From the IMG/VR virus record IMGVR_UViG_3300043185_000099, positions 64,001 to 128,000 of that record: a DNA stretch of 64,000 nucleotides, one strand, 5' to 3'. How positions within the stretch are numbered: position 1 is the stretch's first letter; each line of letters begins with the position of its first letter. A program made the position numbers and the translations under genes. Source of the DNA: a virus. Shown piece by piece: positions 29,101-37,681 of this stretch. The notes under the pieces are model-generated. The model saw only the letters and a list, made by a program, of their open reading frames with translations, searched no databases and had not been told where the DNA came from.

Positions 29101-32100
29101 CCATCACCCTCAGCGTCCCGCGTCCCGTGCCTGCTGGCAGCGGATCGAAGGTCCCGATGCGGGGAGCCGAGGCCCTGTCCAGGAAGGTGAATGCCAAGCC
29201 CCCGTTCACCTCCGCTGCCGCGTTGACTGTGCACGCATCCGTCGTGCTGCTGGCCACGAACGACACCTCCAACTCGCTTGCCACGGGCACCCCGGCCACG
29301 AGCGGCTCCGTCCGAGGGAGGACCGTGCGGAGGTCGAGTCCCTCGTCGAGCGTCAGCCTGTCGGTAGCGATAAACCCCGTCGTGCTAGCACCTCCGGCGC
29401 CGACGGCCGACGTGAGATCGAGATCGATGGTGAACCACAGCGGGATCGTGTCGCCCGGGTTGATTGGGTCCTCCGGCAACGTCGGCGGCACCAAGCCCGG
29501 GTTGGGCGCAATGGTCACAAACGGCGCGGGCGTATCCACGTAGATCTTCTCGTCGTCGGCCGAGATTGCCGTGATGGCCTGTGCTCCAGCGTCTCCCGTT
29601 ACCGTAGGTGCGCCGTTGTTGAACGCGATGACGACCGACTGGAAGAACACGGGCGCCGGGTTGACGAGGTCGGGGGCCGACCAGATGTTGATCGTGACGA
29701 CATTGTCCTGCACACCGCCAAAGAACGGGGGGCTGAAGATATCGTTGAGGCCACCAGTCAGCGCCGCGGGCGTCCCGTCGTTGAAGACCAGGATCGCATT
29801 GGAAATCTGCGTGATGTCGAACTCGGTGACGGTGCCGACGCGCCGTACGATCATGCCCGGCGGGAGTGCCAGAACGCTTTGGTTTACGAATGACATCGCC
29901 GTCTTGAGTCGATACCGGATTCGTTCCGCGGCGGCTGTGGGCAGCGCAGAGGGGGTCACGAAGCGCGGGGGCTCGATGACACTGCCCCCCGATCCTCCGT
30001 CGACGAACCCGACGGACAAGATGCCCTGGGAACCAGGCGGCAGACCTGCCGCGGCCTGCCCGGTTTCCACGAGCAGAATATCGAACGGAGCCACGTCCCC
30101 AATACCGCTGTTCGGGGCATAGACACCGGCAGTGGCCACCGGCGTCGCATCCAGGTCGGTGAGGATGGCGGCGGGAGGGCCGGCTCCGAGAGCCCCGAGA
30201 ATCTGCCCATCGATGCCCTGAATTTCATCCGGGTAGACCGCGTTCGGGACCAGCGAGTCTGCGAATATGGCCTGGAACGACTCCTGAACGATCCCCAGGA
30301 CCTCAATCTCCGTGTTCGGCGTGTAGAGGTACGGCAACGTGTAGTCGCCACTATCGTTGGTGAATCCGCCAGTCAGCGCTGGAATCGGGACGGGCTCCGT
30401 GCGACCGCTGCGGAAGCTGACATTCGCCTCGATCGTGCTCAGGGGCAGCGGCGGCCTCTGGTGCAGGACCTCCTTGAGACCGAAGATGCTCGGATCGCGG
30501 TAGCTCGGGAACGTGATGTCTCTGTATTCCCCGTCCGGCCGATCAACGCGGAGGTCGAAGTTCAGGCGGAACTCAGGCAGTCCTTGAATCTGCGCAGCCG
30601 TCTGCTCCTGCGTGGGCGGATCATCCACGTTGCCGCTCGTTACGTCGGCGTCAGGCGGCGTGACGAAAATAGTGTCACCTCGTGACAGCTCAATGGGCGG
30701 ATTCGTCGCGGCCGGATCCTCGGAAACCTCAAGGAGTCCGTTCGGTGGGATCGTCGCGCCATCCTGGTCGACGAACGTGATGATACAGCCGAGGATGATC
30801 TCCCCCACGAAAATCGACTTCGTGACGGTGAAGTTTTCGTCGAGAAACTCGAAGGAGAGCGACTGTCCCGCGGCCGCGTCAATAATCCTGCCGTCCGGTC
30901 TCCCGAACGCCACCTTCGGGAGTGTCAGCGGTTCGTCCGTCCAGACGAAGAACGCCGGGGTGAACAGGTCGGGATCACCTGTACTAAGGTCAATGATCTC
31001 TCCGCCCTGTGCTGCGAGCTGTGCAACATCAGGTACACCACCTTCTCCGATCGGGAAATCGCCCAGGGGAAGCGGCGTGGCGATGACGGCTGGTCGTGGT
31101 GACGCCGCGAAACCGGGGAACCCGACGATGAACTGGTCGAGTTCGGGGAAACCCACGTTGCTGTAGGCGTAGATACGAGCACGCGGCAATCGAGGACGAA
31201 CACTGATCGATCCAATGTTCTCGATCTGCCCAAGTACCGGGTTGCCGATCTCGCCGATGGACTTGAGGAACGTGCTGGCCCGCTTGGGAAACTCGACCTT
31301 GAAGTTGCCCCCGTCTCCCTTGATGGACAGCCGCTTGATCCGCTTGCGGAAAGCATACACCCCAGGATTGATCGGGACGGACTCCAGGTCCGCTCCGATA
31401 CCAGGGTCGGTGAGAGTGAATGCCTCGGCGCGTTCGGGGAAGATCCTGGAGAACGCACTGGGCGTCGCCATCCGGCGGTACCTGCCGAACGCCTCGAGCT
31501 TCAGTGGAAAGAGCTGCAGCCGCTTGCGTGTCCGAGAGACGAGAACGACATCGTCGACGTCGTTCATCACCAGCGCCCTCTGTTCCCCCTGGAGGTCCCC
31601 GAGGAAGTCCGGGTCGATGTACGGCCCCTCGATGTCGTCTCCCGTCACCGTGAGAGCGGTCGGGTCCACAAGCGGGTCGCGCTCCAGGAACACGGTGGCC
31701 GGGTTGTAGGCGAAGAACAGCTCGCTGAAGATGTTGCGTCGGTTCAGCTCGCCTGTGATCTCGTCCTCATATCCGGGGGGCGGGATGTCTTTTCCACGAC
31801 CGACAAAGAAACGGAACTTCCCATCACGGTCGCCGATCACGTTCCCGCTGATCGTTTCCTGGGCCTGCTCAAAGGGGATGATCGTCTCGTTGTAGAACTC
31901 CAGAAAGACTCGGGCCGCACGATCCGTGTCCTCCAGGTCCCGGAGCTGCGACTTGAGCCCCAAGCGACCTTGGGTGGCATTCTCCAGGGGGGGAACGACA
32001 GTAGGGGCGGCTCCAAAGCTCGGGAGCTGCGCGGCGATGTCCCTGGCGACCTGGTCCGAGACCTCACCGAGGTAGGAGAGGAGCGGGAGCGTTCTGTAGA

Positions 32101-35100
32101 ACCACGTGTCGGGACTTGAGAATGTGTACGTGGCACGCAAGATCTTCCCGAGTCTGCCGTTCTCCTCGGACGGAGCCTCGATGTGGACGAACCGAGCGTC
32201 GAATCTCGGACCGAGCACGAACTCGTTAACGATGACGGGCGCGATAGCTCTCTGACGCGTGTGCCGGAGGTACAAGCTCTGCGTGGGCAGCAGCGGCCCT
32301 TGCGGCGGAGAAAGGAATTCGATGTTCCCGTCGTCGAGATTGATCGTGTAGTCGATGGACGGACGGAGGGTGCGACCTGGGAGTTCAACTCCTCCTGCTG
32401 TCTCACCGAAAAGGATCAGCTCAAACGGCCTCTCGACCGCTATGCCACCTCGGCCCAGGAACTGCGTCGGGTTGGGCGGATAGACAGGGCGCACGCTGAT
32501 TTTCGCAATGTCCTGGCCAGAAGCGAACCCGCGTGGGAAAAAGCTGGTGATCTCGATTCTGGTTCGCGTTCCGTCGTCCGACAGCTCGGAGCCGGCGATC
32601 ACGAACGGCAAGCCCCCGAGTTCCAGAAGATGTCCTGGCACCGCGATTGCTACGAGATTCGCCTGGAACAGAATGTCCTGGAACCCGCGGTTGACCGGCT
32701 CGTACGGCGAGAAGATCTGCATCCAGAACCCATCGGGTGCGTCCGGGACGATCTCCGTGGCGAGGGGGATGTCCGTGATGAGCGAAAGAGAGTCGGAGCC
32801 CGGGTCCCGAGACCCGGCTTCGAGCTGCGTCTCGGGGATGAAGTCCACCCTGGTCTGCGCCGTCGACGTGTCGTACGTCGACGACACGATGTAGAACGGG
32901 AACTGTGCAACGCGGAGCAGCTTGCCAGGGGTCACGTCGCCAGTCCGATCGCCATCCAGCGTGAATGAGGAGCGGTTCGCCTCGATCCTGAAGGGAGGGC
33001 GATACACCGGCGGTTGGCTGACCGTGTACGTCTGCTCGCCACCAAACGCCTCCAGCACAGCGTAGGTAACTCGCACGACGCTGCTGTCAGGAACGGGGAC
33101 CTCCAGGAGGGCGAGACTGTTCTCGAAGTCGAAGGTTGCGACGGGACTGCTGCCCACGTTGTAGATCGTGGACTCGACGTAGAACACCGGCTCAATGTCA
33201 TCGCGGAGCGTGCGGCCTGTTGGATTGAACCTCCACCGCCCAACGTCACCAGTACCCTCGGGAGTTGCGGGATCGAGCTGGACGAACAGAGGGAGTTGCT
33301 CGGTCACTTCGACCGGTTGCGTTCCCTTGGCCGGGTCATCTGGGTCGATGGGCTCCAGGAACAAACTGCCGGTGCCGCTCTCCGCGCGAAAGTAGTTCGC
33401 CTCGACGATCTGAAACTCACGCAGCGGCGTCGTGAACAGGAACGACCCTTGGATCGGGTTCACCGTGTAGTCGGTTCCACCCGTGGCCACCATCCGCTCG
33501 ACAAGGAACACCTCATCTCCGCCGTGTGCCGCCATGTCGGGCGCCGAGAAGTTGAGCGCGCCGTCGGAGAGCCTGTACTCGACCACGCCGCTCGGCAGCT
33601 CGTTCGGGCTCGAGTTCGGAGTCAGGAAGTCCTCAACGTAGATCACGTCCTGAGCGTCGAACTGCACGAACACTTGGTCCCCGAAGTTCAGGAGCCCGTC
33701 GCCAATCTGGACCTCGATAATGTCCCCGATCAAGGGGAACGTGACTGGCCCGGGAACCTTGACGAGATTCCCGTCTGTGAACGTGTACGTCTTGGACCCG
33801 ACACGGATCGAGAAGTTGTCGTTGGCGAAGCGCTCGGACGTCGGTGCAGGGACGAACAAAGCCGAGTTAAGGATCTGGCCAAGGTTCTCCTGCTGAAGCT
33901 GCACCATCGAAGCAGCGTCACTCCCAGCATCTCTCCCGAAGCGAACGTTGATCTGGCGCCCATGTGCGATGGCATCGCCGAGAACGGCGACGAGTCTCGT
34001 TACAAGCTGTGCCGCCTGGTCGACCGGGACGTTACCGAGCGGAGAGAGCACGCGAATCTTGAAGGGATCCTCAGGTAGATGGTTGAACTGGATGTACTGG
34101 GTGTCGGCAATCACTCCGGAATCGAACTGTTCTGCAGTGACGCCGTCGTACAACTCCCACGGCACAGGTCCCCCGCTCACGGGAAACGGCTGGCGCACGA
34201 CAATCTGGTTGGGGAGCGTCGCATCCTGCGCCACGACGTAGGTCCCCTGCGCGTCCCCCTGTGTGATCTTGATTTGGTATCCAGCCTTGACGCCGAGAGC
34301 CACGAAGTCGACATCGGATGACGTGTCACTGAAGACCGTGCCCCCCTGGAAAAACGTCCCGCGCCCTCCGAGCTGGACGAGCCCCCCCACGGTATCGAGG
34401 AGCAGAGCGAGCCCAGGAGCACCATCGTCGGGAAGGAGAAAGTCCTCGTCGAGTGTCTGCGGCTCCAGTGGCTGTCCAGCCACGGAGATACTCAGTCCCT
34501 TGCTTGGCAGGCGGAACGAAGGAGGAATGACGAGCGTCTGGCCGAGGAACAGGTTGTTCGTCGGCTGCAAGAGGGTCTGGCTCTCCGTGTGCTCGTCTGC
34601 CCACGAGAACTTTTCCTCTCCAAACTGGTAGTAGACCTCTTCGTAGTTCTGCAGCAGCAGCGACACGAGACCGTCCTGCAGTCGGAAGAAGATCCCCTCG
34701 TCGTAGCCGGCCACGTCCTCGAGCGGAGGTCTGTCGAGCAACACGACAGGAGACTGTGAGATCGCTGGAGTGAGGATGGCATCCTCAAACCTGTCGATGT
34801 GCCCCACGTCCGCGATGTCATCCTTGCTGCTGTCCAAGTTGAACGGGCTGCGGAACACCCCAACCATCGTTCCGTTGTCCGACAGCCACACAATGTCGGG
34901 CGGCGGGTCGACTGCTTGAGTGGACGCGATCCTGATCCGCCAACCAGGGAGGAAACCCAGCGCGGCCGGCCCCGAGAGGTCCGTCGTTCCCGAAGGACCG
35001 AACCCGATCTCGATGTCCCCGTAGAACACCTGGTCAGCAACGGAGGCAGTCTGGAGCGCGACCCGACCGTTCACCGCGACAGCGGTGCCCCCAGCCAGGA

Positions 35101-37087
35101 CGGCAGCCAAGCTCTGCGCGATCTGTTCAGCCGTAAATGTCCCACCAACCGATGTCGGCACCCCGCCCGGGTTGGTCGAGGCATCCCATGTGGAGATGGC
35201 CCCGTTAAGGGCAACGACGAGTACTTCGTTCCCGGTGAGGACGAACTGATCTCGAACTCTGGACCACATGCGCGCTTCGCGCGCATACGTCGAGGGCTGG
35301 ACCCCGGACTGGAGGAAGAACATCGGGCGCCCGTCGAAGCGCTGCAGGTCTGCGCGCCCCAGGATCACCTCGCTGCCTCCTGCGCCCTTCCGGCGGTCGA
35401 GGTAGGCCGTCCCCCTCGGGATCCTGAAACGGAACCTGGGGCGTTCCTCGTCGTCGTCGAACACGACAATCGAGCGGATCTGGCCGTTGTCTGTGAACAG
35501 GACGAGATCCCAGGGTCCGGTCACCTGCCGGACGAGCCCTGAACCGTTCCCCGGACGGATGCCCGGATCGGTTGACGTGTTCGGGATTGCCCCGGTCCCG
35601 TCCGCCAGGAAGAGGATGCCCGAGGTACCCGGGACGGGCGTCGGAGCGGCGTCGGGGATGAAGATCTGGTGGTCCTTCCCAGAGACCACCGTCGGTTGTC
35701 CTCCGCTGTCCACAAGCTGCACCGGCGCGCGCATGGGCACAGGGCGCTGCGAAAGGCTGACGCCGTCGTAGAACACCAGGGCCCCGAGAAATCCGACATC
35801 GAAATCCGGACTCACCGGATCGGCCCGCGCAAGATCGGCATCGGCGAACTTAAGCCGTCCTGTGCTCAGAGCCACGCCGACTTGGTGCTCCTGCACAACC
35901 AGTGCCGCGAGAGCCTCCTCCGTTTCCACGAGGATCGCCTCAAGAGGCTGTCTCGATCCGATTCGGATGAACGGGTACTCCGTGGGCCCAGGAATCGGGG
36001 AGATGAACAGGAGTCGGAGGTTGGCATCTTCGAGCTGCCCGAGCGGCTCGATTACGTCCTGATCGACGAACCCTCTGTACGAGTAGAAGATCCGCTGACC
36101 GGCAGAGACATTGATGAAGGCCGGGTTCCACACAAGCTGACCGCTGGCCTGGCCGACGATTCCGGCCAATGTCGGCTCGGCTCCGAAATCGAAGTCCTCG
36201 ACTTCATCGTCCGTGACAACCTTGATGCCGCCGAATCCCGACCCTCCAACGGGCTCGGCCACAGGCACAGACGAGGCGTCGGGGCGAGTGCCGATCCGCA
36301 CCATCGCGTACGAGTCGGGCGCCGTACTGTTGCCGGGCAGGAAGCTCCCGAGCGTCACATGCGACGGCGACGGGGAGAGGACATAGCTCTCATCGACGAG
36401 GAGAACACCGAGGTCTCGTGGAGGCGTCCCTCGGATCGGGCGCCATCGCTGCACTCTGCCATCCCACTTGAAGCGATTCTCGTAGCGGTCGTTGCGCGAC
36501 CACCAGAACGCAGGCGGCGAGATCGTGTACTGCGCGGAAGCTCGGTCTCCTCGAGCACTCGACACCCCGCCACCGAGTTCGGCCAACGTGGCGGGATCCG
36601 TGATCGTGAACACGCCGCTGACGGAATTGAATGAACCGTGGCCAACCAACTCGATCTCCGCTGCGGTGTCCCCTCGACGAACCACGAGGCTCGTCACCGA
36701 CGAGATGGTACGATTGGCGTCGTCGATGATAATCGCCCTGTTCGAGCCAGAAGCACCGAACGGGTTGTCCTCGTCGACCACGAGGATGCTCCCCTGTGGG
36801 AATGTCACGGTGGCGTCGGAAACGATAAACGCGCCGGCGTCCCTCAAGTCGGCCGTGTTGGCCGCCCACACGAGGTACTCCGTCTGCCCATCGTTGGGTC
36901 GCAGGAGAACCGCCGCGCGGTACTGAGCGGCGGAGGTTTCGACGAGGTCGGGAGACGGGATCTGGTAGTCGGCGGACAGGGGCTTGAAGTCCCTGTCAAC
37001 CCCGTTGGACGCCTCGTCGGTCGTGACCGCATTTGACGGAGCCGTCCGGGGGGCCCGAAGCACGAAGCCTGTGAAGTCGAATCCCAT
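26165..37087 (-). CDS. Giant baseplate-associated structural protein, 3640 aa
   Basis: 10.9-kb uninterrupted ORF with high GC3, between the spike and the gp25-like gene. Acidic, G/P/V-rich, beta-sandwich-type composition. Confidence 0.8.
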   Translation of the reverse strand: MGFDFTGFVLRAPRTAPSNAVTTDEASNGVDRDFKPLSADYQIPSPDLVETSAAQYRAAVLLRPNDGQTEYLVWAANTADLRDAGAFIVSDATVTFPQGSILVVDEDNPFGASGSNRAIIIDDANRTISSVTSLVVRRGDTAAEIELVGHGSFNSVSGVFTITDPATLAELGGGVSSARGDRASAQYTISPPAFWWSRNDRYENRFKWDGRVQRWRPIRGTPPRDLGVLLVDESYVLSPSPSHVTLGSFLPGNSTAPDSYAMVRIGTRPDASSVPVAEPVGGSGFGGIKVVTDDEVEDFDFGAEPTLAGIVGQASGQLVWNPAFINVSAGQRIFYSYRGFVDQDVIEPLGQLEDANLRLLFISPIPGPTEYPFIRIGSRQPLEAILVETEEALAALVVQEHQVGVALSTGRLKFADADLARADPVSPDFDVGFLGALVFYDGVSLSQRPVPMRAPVQLVDSGGQPTVVSGKDHQIFIPDAAPTPVPGTSGILFLADGTGAIPNTSTDPGIRPGNGSGLVRQVTGPWDLVLFTDNGQIRSIVVFDDDEERPRFRFRIPRGTAYLDRRKGAGGSEVILGRADLQRFDGRPMFFLQSGVQPSTYAREARMWSRVRDQFVLTGNEVLVVALNGAISTWDASTNPGGVPTSVGGTFTAEQIAQSLAAVLAGGTAVAVNGRVALQTASVADQVFYGDIEIGFGPSGTTDLSGPAALGFLPGWRIRIASTQAVDPPPDIVWLSDNGTMVGVFRSPFNLDSSKDDIADVGHIDRFEDAILTPAISQSPVVLLDRPPLEDVAGYDEGIFFRLQDGLVSLLLQNYEEVYYQFGEEKFSWADEHTESQTLLQPTNNLFLGQTLVIPPSFRLPSKGLSISVAGQPLEPQTLDEDFLLPDDGAPGLALLLDTVGGLVQLGGRGTFFQGGTVFSDTSSDVDFVALGVKAGYQIKITQGDAQGTYVVAQDATLPNQIVVRQPFPVSGGPVPWELYDGVTAEQFDSGVIADTQYIQFNHLPEDPFKIRVLSPLGNVPVDQAAQLVTRLVAVLGDAIAHGRQINVRFGRDAGSDAASMVQLQQENLGQILNSALFVPAPTSERFANDNFSIRVGSKTYTFTDGNLVKVPGPVTFPLIGDIIEVQIGDGLLNFGDQVFVQFDAQDVIYVEDFLTPNSSPNELPSGVVEYRLSDGALNFSAPDMAAHGGDEVFLVERMVATGGTDYTVNPIQGSFLFTTPLREFQIVEANYFRAESGTGSLFLEPIDPDDPAKGTQPVEVTEQLPLFVQLDPATPEGTGDVGRWRFNPTGRTLRDDIEPVFYVESTIYNVGSSPVATFDFENSLALLEVPVPDSSVVRVTYAVLEAFGGEQTYTVSQPPVYRPPFRIEANRSSFTLDGDRTGDVTPGKLLRVAQFPFYIVSSTYDTSTAQTRVDFIPETQLEAGSRDPGSDSLSLITDIPLATEIVPDAPDGFWMQIFSPYEPVNRGFQDILFQANLVAIAVPGHLLELGGLPFVIAGSELSDDGTRTRIEITSFFPRGFASGQDIAKISVRPVYPPNPTQFLGRGGIAVERPFELILFGETAGGVELPGRTLRPSIDYTINLDDGNIEFLSPPQGPLLPTQSLYLRHTRQRAIAPVIVNEFVLGPRFDARFVHIEAPSEENGRLGKILRATYTFSSPDTWFYRTLPLLSYLGEVSDQVARDIAAQLPSFGAAPTVVPPLENATQGRLGLKSQLRDLEDTDRAARVFLEFYNETIIPFEQAQETISGNVIGDRDGKFRFFVGRGKDIPPPGYEDEITGELNRRNIFSELFFAYNPATVFLERDPLVDPTALTVTGDDIEGPYIDPDFLGDLQGEQRALVMNDVDDVVLVSRTRKRLQLFPLKLEAFGRYRRMATPSAFSRIFPERAEAFTLTDPGIGADLESVPINPGVYAFRKRIKRLSIKGDGGNFKVEFPKRASTFLKSIGEIGNPVLGQIENIGSISVRPRLPRARIYAYSNVGFPELDQFIVGFPGFAASPRPAVIATPLPLGDFPIGEGGVPDVAQLAAQGGEIIDLSTGDPDLFTPAFFVWTDEPLTLPKVAFGRPDGRIIDAAAGQSLSFEFLDENFTVTKSIFVGEIILGCIITFVDQDGATIPPNGLLEVSEDPAATNPPIELSRGDTIFVTPPDADVTSGNVDDPPTQEQTAAQIQGLPEFRLNFDLRVDRPDGEYRDITFPSYRDPSIFGLKEVLHQRPPLPLSTIEANVSFRSGRTEPVPIPALTGGFTNDSGDYTLPYLYTPNTEIEVLGIVQESFQAIFADSLVPNAVYPDEIQGIDGQILGALGAGPPAAILTDLDATPVATAGVYAPNSGIGDVAPFDILLVETGQAAAGLPPGSQGILSVGFVDGGSGGSVIEPPRFVTPSALPTAAAERIRYRLKTAMSFVNQSVLALPPGMIVRRVGTVTEFDITQISNAILVFNDGTPAALTGGLNDIFSPPFFGGVQDNVVTINIWSAPDLVNPAPVFFQSVVIAFNNGAPTVTGDAGAQAITAISADDEKIYVDTPAPFVTIAPNPGLVPPTLPEDPINPGDTIPLWFTIDLDLTSAVGAGGASTTGFIATDRLTLDEGLDLRTVLPRTEPLVAGVPVASELEVSFVASSTTDACTVNAAAEVNGGLAFTFLDRASAPRIGTFDPLPAGTGRGTLRVMGFEGHANTPILTTSDITFSAVPSSAFPEGSATQIASGTGVTGVAMDRNFRISSDGVTPLAVAVGAFSSVEAGDVCMILGSADATPRAATSAGTYLVKHVIEPNEVTTRERQLTLTTNTLPANTAGWASILFPTLVSADTDGAQAVIISNALLNDATTSAWDATGTIYLIAQPNSAALDYGTANFKVNYSAVDTASGTFTTVFGTEISFDGSIAGAAARAAIDALPEGTLVSGFFRFDVTMDLAPEDILPRNAVGSLVPVGVDVPIGGFSGITVIGPGGPFQYEIALPNLVAGPPGVDEMGIVVATPIANTSFVNNENAYVYDNVTQYIQIDQSLGNTTWDAVHTTPGLIAIMPGDQFVTLGPALVPGFRAQAGVFLEPSWPRPTLNLSGADERVVDAGNSVPLAAIGFRDPTAFGEAADEPVTWEIRRIRRFHNVLSNVGELLGPLRYVYQIRRGTITAFGTKVIGPSATPYPFVVTSTGGTQLGGFDDDLVNVNPGDVFRLLDDDGITVLDEIEIGGIEGPDDIWLKPPGILAVSAADVPGKPFEIYLRQAPVPHEQSNEQLLTMITDQVLLERRANLSTQVGGIVEVEMAPTDPRRVQDTDKTINYDALGIQEGDIVVIDPAGVLSGPLGAVPTTGLERGTRAFGDRSVPNRTLATAGQEVPFIAGGPSQLDDNRGWYRVTTVAKDALTVSSETDYSADPGGGFVTFGTTAEYTVLPTVSASTAPFADPPGGPGLEGQMDLRPTAFAGENGSPSNSFLGNLFSIAPFSYRVIRPSSLFSSEAVDLVLLMRERTLSFLEEFDVFFREDKYGNYFVFQRDQHVADLGNPLIPDEGKGVMSNELIDGVRGLIGISPFANTSDALSVLDRRFWVNDDRLDHEFPPGSPPGTPSYSTLESNADNPAAEEGDGRPVLPDRIDDVLNNNDQFRELRLAWLDFRTNREDGTLVRITRFEDELPKKRRDELRQLRLAQSVKDAGS

Positions 37088-37096
37088 CGATGTAGC

Positions 37097-37681
37097 TCAA
37101 AATACCAGGCTGATGCTTGTCCCAACGGCGGGAATGGGAGAGGGAGATCCGGTCACGCCGCCGAACCCGTAACCGGTCTGGACCATCTGTGCGATGCCGA
37201 GCCCGAGCCCCTGAGCGAGCCTGGCAGCGGTCTGGCCATTGATGCCGGACGCCTGGAGATTACCGAGGAGGATCGCGATCAACGTACCCGAGTTCGAGAG
37301 ACTCACCTTCGACACATCACCACCTACCCCAACAGCCGCCGACGTGCCGCTGTACTGCGCGGCGGAGTTGAGAACCGAGGAGAGCCCGGCTCCCACCGCA
37401 GTGCCGAGACCCGCCGCCGACGGACCGTTGATGCCGGCCTGCTGGAGTCCGGCGACAACGAGGGCCGTCCCTCCCGTCACGAACAGCTTGCCGTTCACGG
37501 AACCCACCCCGGCGACGCCAACGGTCGCACCTTTCACGAGGACGTTCGTGGGCAGGGGAATCCAGCTTGGAACGGACTTCCCGACGGCCGACGCGATGCG
37601 GGGGAGATTCTGCGAGCCGGGATACACCGCCTGCCCGGCCGAGATGATCGCGCTCGTGATCGCCGCGCTCACGAGAGCCAT
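37097..37681 (-). CDS. Gly/Ala-rich protein next to the spike, 194 aa (start revised to ATG 37681, MALVSAAIT...)
   Basis: TGATG coupling to the spike gene. Internal repeat LQxxGINGxxAA. Almost no acidic residues. Confidence 0.72.
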   Translation of the reverse strand: MALVSAAITSAIISAGQAVYPGSQNLPRIASAVGKSVPSWIPLPTNVLVKGATVGVAGVGSVNGKLFVTGGTALVVAGLQQAGINGPSAAGLGTAVGAGLSSVLNSAAQYSGTSAAVGVGGDVSKVSLSNSGTLIAILLGNLQASGINGQTAARLAQGLGLGIAQMVQTGYGFGGVTGSPSPIPAVGTSISLVF

